NCBI RefSeq assembly: GCF_019049675.1
Contig: NZ_JAFMOW010000066.1
Span: 305,615 to 337,614, forward strand
Direction of reading: 5' to 3'
Length of the DNA stretch: 32,000 nt
Source of the DNA: Rahnella bonaserana
GTDB lineage: Bacteria > Pseudomonadota > Gammaproteobacteria > Enterobacterales > Enterobacteriaceae
Each line of letters starts with the position of its first letter. Position 1 is the stretch's first letter. Position numbers and translations under genes: made by a program. Positions 1 through 7,653 of this stretch are shown in pieces. The notes under the pieces were generated by a model. The model made no database searches and was not told the origin of the DNA. It saw only the letters and a program-made list of their open reading frames with translations.

Positions 1-173
1 TGCTGCACAACCAGCCACAACAAACCGGCTTCCTGAATTTTTTTCAGGCGCAGCGCCATTTCATGTTCATCAGGCGGCTGAGTTTCAAACGAGGCCGTGC
101 CATGCAAAACATGCCAGGCATAAATTTTCTGCATGGCAGGAATATGTCTTTCATCTGCTTCAATAATTTCCAT
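1..173 (-). CDS. GNAT-family N-acetyltransferase (phosphinothricin/MnaT-like), N-terminal part only; gene runs off the window start
   Basis: Absent from the ORF track because it is open at the window edge. The reverse complement from ATG at 173..171 reads MEIIEADERHIPAMQKIYAWHVLHGTASFETQPPDEHEMALRLKKIQEAGLLWLVVQ, which is typical of the N-terminus of PAT/MnaT-type GNAT enzymes. It is divergent from the LysR gene. Confidence 0.55.
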   Translation of the reverse strand, partial: MEIIEADERHIPAMQKIYAWHVLHGTASFETQPPDEHEMALRLKKIQEAGLLWLVVQ

Positions 174-270
174 CTTTCCGGTCTCGTGGGGGATTTCGCT
201 ATAGCCTACTCTTTCCGAAAAGGGGCTGGGAGGGCAAACTGTTTATCACCGGTATAAGGAAAACTTTGAG

Positions 271-1149
271 ATGCCCAGCCTTAATCTTGATCACCTGACC
301 ACATTTAAACTGGTCGCCAGCCGGAAAAGCTTTTCCGGTGCTGCTGACGCGCTCGGGCTTTCGCAACCTGCGGTCAGCCTGCAAATCCGTCAGCTTGAAC
401 AAACTCTGCAGGCCCGTCTGGTTGAGCGCACGGGCAGGGGGATCCGCCTGACCGCTGCCGGGCAAACATTGTTGCCACACATCAGTCATATCGATCAGGC
501 CGTGAGTGCCGCGCTGCTTTCGGTGGCGGCAACGACACAGGAAGTCAGCGGAACCGTAACTCTTGGAACGGGCGCAACGGCGTGTATCCATCTGCTGCCG
601 CCGCTTTTAGAGCAATTGCGCACTGAGCATCCGTTGTTAACCGTGCGTGTCCGAACGGGCAATACTCAGGAAATTTTGCAGGCGGTGGAAGATAACCGCG
701 TTGATATCGGCCTCGTCACGATGCCTGCGGCGGGGCGCAATCTGCATATCAGCCCGGTCACGCAGGATGATTTCAAAGTCATCATGAAAAAGGATGACAA
801 CGCGACGGACAGAAGTATGACGGCGGCAGAGCTTCAGACATTACCGCTGATCGTTTCTGAATACGGCAGCGGAACCCGCGCATTAATCGACGGCTGGTTT
901 CAGGCGGAAGGGATTGCCGTGCAGCCGGTGATGGAACTCGGCAACATCGAAGCGATTAAAAAAATGGTGCAGGCCGGTCTGGGCTACAGCATCGTGCCGG
1001 GAATGTCGGTGGCCAGCCCGCAGGACCGGATTGGATTGAGTGTGATGGCATTGCAGCCTGTTCTCACCCGTCCGCAGGGTATTGTGATGCGACAAGATAA
1101 AACGCTGACGAAAGGTATGGCGGAGTTGCTGAAGTTAATCGGCGGCTAA
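271..1149 (+). CDS. LysR-family transcriptional regulator
   Basis: 292 aa. The N-terminal wHTH signature FKLVASRKSFSGAADALGLSQPAVSLQIRQLE is followed by a LysR substrate-binding-type C-terminal region. It is divergent from the GNAT gene, the classic LysR arrangement. Confidence 0.9.
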   Translation: MPSLNLDHLTTFKLVASRKSFSGAADALGLSQPAVSLQIRQLEQTLQARLVERTGRGIRLTAAGQTLLPHISHIDQAVSAALLSVAATTQEVSGTVTLGTGATACIHLLPPLLEQLRTEHPLLTVRVRTGNTQEILQAVEDNRVDIGLVTMPAAGRNLHISPVTQDDFKVIMKKDDNATDRSMTAAELQTLPLIVSEYGSGTRALIDGWFQAEGIAVQPVMELGNIEAIKKMVQAGLGYSIVPGMSVASPQDRIGLSVMALQPVLTRPQGIVMRQDKTLTKGMAELLKLIGG

Positions 1150-1285
1150 ACTCGCCGCCACCTGCCGGATTTCGTGCATATGCTTTTTTCATCTTACAGA
1201 TGCTTTTTTTGTTTTTTAAACCGCCGCAGTCCTGCTGCTATAGTCATTTTCTTACGCATTAGCGGTTATTTTTTAAGGAAAAAAA

Positions 1286-2104
1286 GTGAAACTGACCTTA
1301 CCTCATTTACGGACTGGCGCTGTGGTATTGCTGGCGGGATTACTGCTGGCGGGTTGTGACCAAAAAAGCAGTGATGCAAAACACATTAAAGTCGGCGTGA
1401 TTAACGGCGCGGAGCAAGATGTCGCGGAAGTCGCTAAAAAAGTCGCGAAGGACAAATACGGTCTGGACGTCGAACTGGTCGGTTTCAGCGGCTCATTACT
1501 GCCGAATGACGCAACCGAACACGGCGAACTGGATGCCAACGTTTTCCAGCATCGTCCGTTCCTGGAGCAGGATAATAAAGCTCACGGTTATCATCTGGTG
1601 GTGGTCGGCAACACTTTCGTCTTCCCGATGGCCGGTTATTCGAAAAAGATTAAAACTGTGGATCAACTGAAAGATGGCGCCACCGTGGCGATCCCGAACG
1701 ATCCGACCAATTTAGGTCGCGCGCTTCTGCTGATGCAAAAAGAGAAACTGATCACCCTGAAAGACGGCAAAGGCCTGCTGCCAACGGCGCTGGATATTGC
1801 TGAAAATCCGTATCACCTGAATATTATGGAACTGGAAGGCGCACAGCTGCCGCGTGTGCTGGACGATCCGAAAGTTGATGTAGCCATCATCAGCACCACT
1901 TATATCCAGCAAACCGGATTATCGCCTGTACACGACAGCGTATTTATTGAAGACAAAAACTCGCCGTACGTGAACATTCTGGTTTCACGACCAGACAATA
2001 AAGATGCGCAAAACGTGCAGGATTTTCTGAAATCGTATCAGTCACCGGAAGTGGCGAAAGCAGCTGAGAAAATCTTTAACGGCGGGGCGGTTCCGGGCTG
2101 GTGA
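1286..2104 (+). CDS. nlpA: Lipoprotein-28 / MetQ-NlpA family methionine-binding lipoprotein
   Basis: 272 aa with a GTG start. The lipobox LLAGC sits in the signal peptide. The sequence is near-collinear with E. coli NlpA as I remember it (…DAKHIKVGVINGAEQDVAEVAKKVAK.KYGLDVELVGFSGSLLPNDAT.HGELDANVFQHRPFLEQDN…FNGGAVPGW). Confidence 0.85.
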   Translation: MKLTLPHLRTGAVVLLAGLLLAGCDQKSSDAKHIKVGVINGAEQDVAEVAKKVAKDKYGLDVELVGFSGSLLPNDATEHGELDANVFQHRPFLEQDNKAHGYHLVVVGNTFVFPMAGYSKKIKTVDQLKDGATVAIPNDPTNLGRALLLMQKEKLITLKDGKGLLPTALDIAENPYHLNIMELEGAQLPRVLDDPKVDVAIISTTYIQQTGLSPVHDSVFIEDKNSPYVNILVSRPDNKDAQNVQDFLKSYQSPEVAKAAEKIFNGGAVPGW

Positions 2105-2138
2105 TGGGGTTTGTGGGGGATATCTTGAGGAACTAAAA

Positions 2139-2160
2139 ATGGTGTCCCCTACAGGAATCG
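2139..2160. repeat. Distal att repeat (attL-like): 22-bp perfect copy of the tRNA-Arg 3' end
   Basis: ATGGTGTCCCCTACAGGAATCG at 2139-2160 is identical to 14393-14414. The flanking bases differ on both sides. Confidence 0.9.
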
Positions 2161-2365
2161 TATTTAATATTAACCATATGTTTTTGTTTGATTTTATTTT
2201 TATTGTGAATATATATACCCATTTATGTACCCATCATGATAGTGATAGGAGTCATCCTGCGACAAAAATGTTAAAGGCGATGTATCAACCTTCAATCATA
2301 TGCATAGTTAATGAGTGCTTTAATGTAAAATGTAACTCTGTATGTGAAAATAAATACAACATATC

Positions 2366-4096
2366 CTAATCAAAACTAGATTCCTTATTTGTCCGCAGAT
2401 CGATCTCTTCTTCAAATTCCGTAACAAATGCCATTAATGGTACTGGGAAACGATTAACTCTGCTTGCCAGAAACAAAATAGGTAGATAATCACTTCTAAT
2501 CACTGACAGTTCTTCATATCCTTTAGTGACTTTTGCCTCCTTAACTATTTCATCCAAGAAACATTCGGCTTCCTTATGAATAGGTATATTTGACAATGCT
2601 AAGCCATGATTCCTTTCACCATTGTAGTAAAATTCTTCGGATTGTACGGAGGGAAACCAAATCTGAATGTTAGTATGTGAAAGATGCTTCAGTTTTAAGT
2701 TTTGCAATGATTCATAAGTATTGATGTCGTTAAACAGCGAAGCAAAAAAAGCAAGATAGGAATAAAGAACACTTGCCTTTGTAACTTCTTTTTTGTATTC
2801 CTCATGATTGTTTTTATCTAAAAAATCCAAATATTTGAACAATGTTCTTGGATAGTTCCTATTTGTTTCGAATGAATAGGTTATTCTTTCTGTGATCGCA
2901 TGTATCCAATCTTTGACTAATTGATCATATTGACTATCTAAACTTAAAAAGTAAATTGCTAGAGCTAATTCTATAGAATTTTCATCTTTAAATGGTAAAT
3001 ATACACTAGAATTATTAATAATTAACTTGGCTAAAGTAGCTTGTAATAAATGGACTCTATGTGCTAAGTCATCAATAGGAAGTTCTGCTTCATAATTTTC
3101 CCGCATTGTCCAAATAAGCCATATTCCATAAGTTGCGAACCTGCCAATGACATCATAGACTTTAAAGTTTATGGCGTACTTACAGTGAGGGTAAACCCCC
3201 AAAGAAACTCCATCTCTAAAGTCTGCTAAAGGCGATATCTTATCTACTAATAATTCGTTGTTTAATATTAGGTACTGGTCAATTATCTTGTGGAATATTT
3301 CATTTATATTTTGTTTTACTTTACTTTCTTTTATTTCTTTTACTATATCCCAGCATGCTAGAATGCATAGTTCAGAAGATAAATAGGCAGATTCTATGTT
3401 TTTCAAATCCCTAGACCACGAATGAAGGATCCAAAGGCATAGGCTGATTTGACGAAGTAAAGTTATTGTGTTCTTATTTACGTCTCCTTTTCTTTTTTTT
3501 CTTTCCAATAATAACCCCTTTATAACATCCCGAAAATACATGACAGATGATTCTGGATCATCAATCATGGCCAAGGATTTTCTGAGGTTTTTTCTGATAG
3601 GCTCTGGTAATAATGACTCATTGAGAAGATGTGTCATTATTAGTTGAGCTAAGTGGTCACCATTCCAAATTTCATAATTAATATTTTCGGTGGTGTTGTT
3701 TTTAATATATCCATTAACATCTGCTTGAATCGTTTCATTAATAACACCCCCAAAGCATAGACAGATGGTAATTTTACCCTTTCTTTGATTTTTTGATAGT
3801 TTTGAGTTTAAATAACTATCTTTTATTTCATCTAAGGAAGGTCTTAAAGCTTGATTTTGAGGGCCAGACCAATCTGTGCGAGTTAAATCTCCAGCTTTGA
3901 TAGAGAATAAGTATGTAATATCCTCTTGTTTTGAAGATTTTTTTATAGCTGCAATATCCACTCCATTTTGCTTAGTACCCCTGCCTGGAGTTGATGTAAC
4001 AATCATTCCCATTTGGCTCAATAAGTCTGGAAGAATTGCATCTAATTCATCCCTTTCACGTAATGATGAAATGTATTGCTTAAGAATTAATCTCAT
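2366..4096 (-). CDS. Cargo protein B, 576 aa: N-terminal Mrr/PD-(D/E)xK-like putative nuclease domain plus a large helical C-terminal region; family unrecognised
   Basis: Long ORF in very AT-rich DNA. Its ATG overlaps the upstream gene's stop (ATGA at 4093-4096), and a GGAG lies 7 nt upstream. The N-terminus reads ...RERDELDAILPDLLSQMGMIVTSTPGRGTKQNGVDIAAIKK...ITYLFSIKAGD. This fits the pattern helix-E / G-x-D-I / (S)-x-K seen in restriction-endonuclease-like folds. No Walker A, HNH, TIR or TM segments were seen. Confidence 0.8.
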   Translation of the reverse strand: MRLILKQYISSLRERDELDAILPDLLSQMGMIVTSTPGRGTKQNGVDIAAIKKSSKQEDITYLFSIKAGDLTRTDWSGPQNQALRPSLDEIKDSYLNSKLSKNQRKGKITICLCFGGVINETIQADVNGYIKNNTTENINYEIWNGDHLAQLIMTHLLNESLLPEPIRKNLRKSLAMIDDPESSVMYFRDVIKGLLLERKKRKGDVNKNTITLLRQISLCLWILHSWSRDLKNIESAYLSSELCILACWDIVKEIKESKVKQNINEIFHKIIDQYLILNNELLVDKISPLADFRDGVSLGVYPHCKYAINFKVYDVIGRFATYGIWLIWTMRENYEAELPIDDLAHRVHLLQATLAKLIINNSSVYLPFKDENSIELALAIYFLSLDSQYDQLVKDWIHAITERITYSFETNRNYPRTLFKYLDFLDKNNHEEYKKEVTKASVLYSYLAFFASLFNDINTYESLQNLKLKHLSHTNIQIWFPSVQSEEFYYNGERNHGLALSNIPIHKEAECFLDEIVKEAKVTKGYEELSVIRSDYLPILFLASRVNRFPVPLMAFVTEFEEEIDLRTNKESSFD

Positions 4097-5781
4097 TTTA
4101 ATTCTCCAAACTTATACTTTATTAACATTAATTCTAGACCAGTTGTATCCGTAACTAACATTGCAGGACGTTCAAATGAATGCTCAAAAGTTCCCATTGT
4201 CATTTCTTGCCTCACTGGAGGGGTATTTATGCTTTCAGTATAATATATGGAACCATTACCATAGAGAATATGTAAAGGGGTTGCAAATTGAGAGAGTATT
4301 GAGTTTTTATGGGCTTGCTTATACACTTCTTCCATTTCTTTATGTTCATTTACTTCGAATTCATTTGTTAAGCTTGCTGAATTTTTTAACTCATTTACCA
4401 TCCATGATATATTTGCTTGTTTTTTTAGTGTTTCGATTTTATTTTGAAAGTCCTTAGCTAAGGCAGATTCTAAATGTAATTTTAAGTATTCATCTATAGT
4501 TGCAAGGTAGTTAGATAAAAAAACATCAGTTATCACATGCGCGGAAGTTAGTCTATTTTTTTCATCTAGTTTTTCATACAGCAATACTATAAATTCTAAT
4601 GCTAATTTGGGATGAAAGAAGAACCAGCCTGAACTTCGTATGATTATATATTTAAGTTGTCTTTGAGTGAGGTTTTCAGTCTCTAAAACACGATTCTTAA
4701 ATTTGTAATTATTGGCATCGTTAATGTTTTTATGGATTGAATCAATAATGGGAAATAGCTTGTCATTTCCTTCTGAAAACCATTTTATTACTATTTTTTT
4801 AAATATTTCTTCATTTTGAGCTATGTGATGTTCTATAGATGATAATTTACTTAGATATTCAATATTTTTTCCCCTTAAACCCATGGTCTCAATGAATTCT
4901 ATTGTTTTATTATCGCTTCCGCTGTCGATTAAATTATATATTATGCTGTTTAGTATCGGGGCGTTTTCATCATTCAATATTGTTTCATTCTTAACCTTAT
5001 TTGACAGATAGTCAAATAAGGTCTCATCAATTGTCGTCCTCTTATGGAAAAGACAATTTGCAAAGAAGTCAGAGTCCTCATTAACATTAGTTTGGATTAT
5101 ATCAATCAATTCCGTCGTTGTGATTAAATTTACCTTAACAAAGTTTATCAGAGCTGAAATTGCTAATTCTTTAAGCTCATTTAGACTCTCATCATCAAGG
5201 ATTTCGAGCATTTTTATACACACTTCTTTTTTTTCAATTTGGTTGTGATCTAAAAACACCAAACATTGATTGATTATTTCAATTTTTTTAGAATTCAATA
5301 AAGGGATTAAGTATGAAATTAAATATTCGTCATTAGATTCCTTTGTTGATAAAAGTATAGGAATTATTAGGTTTTTACTTTCTTGTGGCGAAGATATTAA
5401 CCATTCTACAATTTTTTCTGATTTTTCTACGCCTATATAATTACTACATAGGTTTTCCTCGAACCTACTAAAGGATTTTGGACTCAAATATATACGATTC
5501 TGATGTGTAAATTCTGTTAATAAAATGGCATCCTCTAGAGTAAGTCTTAACTCAGGTAGTAATTTCTCAATTAATTGTGATCTTCCAAAAAATCCGGAAC
5601 CTTCAGTGTTAGCTGTTTTTTTTGTAAGAATATCAATAAGTGAAATCTCACCCGAACTATAAGTATCTGATATCATTTTGACTAATTCTAAATGTTCATC
5701 CGAATTGACTATCATTCTTATCATCTCTGATAAAAATAAATCAGTATTTTCGCTTAGTTCTATTAGTTCAGGTTTGTTCAT
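4093..5781 (-). CDS. Cargo protein A, 562 aa: predicted all-helical repeat (HEAT/ARM-like) protein with a short beta-rich C-terminus; family unrecognised
   Basis: Long ORF, first gene of the AT-rich two-gene unit. The sequence is rich in L/I/E/K/N and looks amphipathic-helical. I recognise no catalytic motif. The only P-loop-like string, GSGFFGRS, lacks the lysine. Confidence 0.8.
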   Translation of the reverse strand: MNKPELIELSENTDLFLSEMIRMIVNSDEHLELVKMISDTYSSGEISLIDILTKKTANTEGSGFFGRSQLIEKLLPELRLTLEDAILLTEFTHQNRIYLSPKSFSRFEENLCSNYIGVEKSEKIVEWLISSPQESKNLIIPILLSTKESNDEYLISYLIPLLNSKKIEIINQCLVFLDHNQIEKKEVCIKMLEILDDESLNELKELAISALINFVKVNLITTTELIDIIQTNVNEDSDFFANCLFHKRTTIDETLFDYLSNKVKNETILNDENAPILNSIIYNLIDSGSDNKTIEFIETMGLRGKNIEYLSKLSSIEHHIAQNEEIFKKIVIKWFSEGNDKLFPIIDSIHKNINDANNYKFKNRVLETENLTQRQLKYIIIRSSGWFFFHPKLALEFIVLLYEKLDEKNRLTSAHVITDVFLSNYLATIDEYLKLHLESALAKDFQNKIETLKKQANISWMVNELKNSASLTNEFEVNEHKEMEEVYKQAHKNSILSQFATPLHILYGNGSIYYTESINTPPVRQEMTMGTFEHSFERPAMLVTDTTGLELMLIKYKFGELK

Positions 5782-5865
5782 TTTTCACTCAATCTTTGGT
5801 TGAAATAACTATTACTAGATAGAACTATTAATAATTATTTAAAACGGTTATTAAGATGGCGCGCA

Positions 5866-5884
5866 ATGCTATCCCCGCCACGCC
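5866..5884. other. P2/186/P4-type cos-like site (19-nt cohesive-end sequence)
   Basis: The reverse complement of 5866-5884 is GGCGTGGCGGGGATAGCAT. As I remember them, the 186 cohesive end is GGCGTGGCGGGGAAAGCAT (18/19 match) and the P2/P4 end is GGCGAGGCGGGGAAAGCAC (16/19 match). The site lies in a 396-bp non-coding gap between the Sid-like gene and the cargo. Confidence 0.6.
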
Positions 5885-6177
5885 TGCCCGCTTTTGATAT
5901 CGCTTTTAATGCATATGCATGGACGCGCTCAGAGCACGCCAGAGCAGGTCTTAAGGTTATTGAAAAATACTCGTTTTAAAATGCAAAAGCATGCAGTCAG
6001 AATGCACCACTCATTTAGAGAAAATCAATGATTTGGTCGAGGTTTTAACGTAAATTTTTGAATGGGAGCAGATTAGTTCTCGAGCAAGAAAAGTGGCGGG
6101 ATTTTTTGATAATAATGGGCATCTCATAAGCATGATCATGCTGAGATACCCATTTTGGGGATGAGCAATTTGGGCAG

Positions 6178-6927
6178 TTATGGTGCCGTTGTGCCGAGCT
6201 GCTCTTCCTTACGCTTAACGGCTGCAAAAGCCATTGAACGACCGCCACCGCTGGCGAGTTTCGCGCTGAAAAACTTCGTCTCAGGCCGGTGAACACCAAG
6301 TTGTGCTAAAACAGGTTCCTGAGCCATGTCGAATCTGTAGCGCGTCATCTCATCTTTCAGATACTGATTAATTTCTTCAAAAATGACGGCGTCCGGACTG
6401 ACTTCGTAGTCGCTCAGCCTGCCCCCCAGCGTTACGGTAGCCTGCTGGTATCTTAAGGCTGTACGTTTCAATGATACTGCCCGGATTAGCGTCTCAAGGC
6501 CTGCTGACAGCGCCTTTTTCAGTTCCTGTTCTGCATAGGCCATTAACGCACTTTCATGGCTGTCTAAAAGCGCTTTGCCAGAGCCTGAACAGGTAATTTC
6601 CTGACGGTCTTTTTCAATGTCCAGACTGAGAAGCAGGTGTCCCAGCTCGCGTGACATTTCCTGATTTGCCAGACGTTGCAGTTGCTGCGTTTTCATTTCG
6701 TCGCTGACCTGACCGCGCATTTTCAAAAAGGCCTCGCGCCACTGGCCACCGGACTGCTCACTGAGATTATCTATTTCCTCTTTTTGATTTTTGCAGCGGG
6801 TCATGTCGGCAATTATCTCCTCCATTTTATTCACATTCCCCTGCTGGGTCTGCTTGGTATCGAGATAACGCGAAATAGCCTGCTGCACGGCAGGTGATAA
6901 TTCTGACTCAGGCGTATTGGGTTTCAT
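6178..6927 (-). CDS. sid: P4 Sid-like capsid size determination (external scaffold) protein
   Basis: 249 aa, against 244 aa for P4 Sid. Several blocks match my recollection of P4 Sid: WREAF....G.VSDE.K, YAEQELKKAL...LIRAV, QEPVL. The position next to cos fits a P4-type morphogenesis module. Confidence 0.5.
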   Translation of the reverse strand: MKPNTPESELSPAVQQAISRYLDTKQTQQGNVNKMEEIIADMTRCKNQKEEIDNLSEQSGGQWREAFLKMRGQVSDEMKTQQLQRLANQEMSRELGHLLLSLDIEKDRQEITCSGSGKALLDSHESALMAYAEQELKKALSAGLETLIRAVSLKRTALRYQQATVTLGGRLSDYEVSPDAVIFEEINQYLKDEMTRYRFDMAQEPVLAQLGVHRPETKFFSAKLASGGGRSMAFAAVKRKEEQLGTTAP

Positions 6928-7102
6928 AAATGGCTCTCACGTTGGGTCGGTTAATATCAATAATTATGAGCCTGACCGGAGAGCGTTTCTATTGAGGCAG
7001 GACGTACTGTAGACGGCAGAACGGCGGAAGCTAACGCATATTTTTCAATGCTGTAATCTAAGCATATCGCTAATAACTTCAGGAAAGAAAGGGGAAATAT
7101 CA

Positions 7103-7318
7103 ATGCTCACACTCAAACTCGGCACCCAGCAAATCACACTCACTCAGCGTGATGCCATGCGGTTAATTGAAGGCATGATGTTAGCAATCAAAGACCCTGC
7201 CGGCGCGGGCAGGAATGCGCTACATCTTGGGGATTTGACTCTTTCCTCTCAGCCGCAGTCTGTGAATAAGCCGGTAAATTACTCTTCAGGCGCGAAGGAC
7301 ACGCTGACAAACTGTTGA
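7103..7318 (+). CDS. Hypothetical 71-aa protein
   Basis: ATG preceded by AGGGGA 8 nt upstream. Composition is normal. It is divergent from the Sid-like gene. No family recognised. Confidence 0.35.
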   Translation: MLTLKLGTQQITLTQRDAMRLIEGMMLAIKDPAGAGRNALHLGDLTLSSQPQSVNKPVNYSSGAKDTLTNC

Positions 7319-7403
7319 GGGTATTTGTTACCCGTCGGACGATGAAAAAAACGCCTGCCAGAAATAAACGCTTCGGGTTTCTGTATTATTCAGTAATTCT
7401 CGG

Positions 7404-7617
7404 CGCGTACATGTAGTACAGGTGCGTACACCTATGATTTGCAATGTAAAATACTGTACTACATGCCACATTTACACCGCGTACATGTAGTACAGTTGGG
7501 GACATGTAATGACAAATCAGCCGTGTACGACATGTACTACACGCTATTGCCGATGTAGTACATGAAAAAACCTTTAAATATCATAGCTTGTACGCGGTGT
7601 ACGACATGTACTACATG
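7404..7617. repeat. Iteron cluster, putative satellite replication origin
   Basis: The core ATGTAGTACA or its complement TGTACTACAT occurs six times, at 7411-7420, 7455-7464, 7485-7494, 7533-7541 (9/10), 7553-7562 and 7607-7616. An 18-mer CGCGTACATGTAGTACAG is repeated at 7404 and 7478. A 19-mer GTGTACGACATGTACTACA is repeated at 7523 and 7598. AT-rich stretches flank the cluster. It lies just downstream of the primase-helicase gene. Confidence 0.65.
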
Positions 7618-7653
7618 GATTAATAATAAAATAAGATACGCGAGGCACTGACC

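Noticed and set aside
2139-2369. 76-aa plus-strand ORF starting in the att repeat
   Set aside because: Its ATG is part of the tRNA-derived repeat, and the rest runs through low-complexity AT-rich spacer. There is no RBS, so it is most likely non-coding.
5590-5620. GSGFFGRS in the 562-aa cargo protein as a possible Walker A / P-loop
   Set aside because: It lacks the invariant lysine (GxxxxGK[ST]), and no Walker B-like hhhhD/E follows. It is treated as coincidental.
6045-6299. 84-aa minus-strand ORF containing CPNC; considered as a possible Ogr/Delta-type zinc-finger activator downstream of the Sid-like gene
   Set aside because: It has only one CxxC pair, overlaps the 3' end of the Sid-like gene in another frame, and is Arg/Ser-rich. 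It does not fit the four-cysteine Ogr/Delta pattern.
6928-7102. Search for a canonical P2 Ogr/P4 Delta late-promoter element (TGT-N12-ACA) upstream of the Sid-like gene
   Set aside because: There is no exact TGT-N12-ACA on either strand. Only an imperfect dyad was found at 7004-7022, so no late-promoter feature is called.
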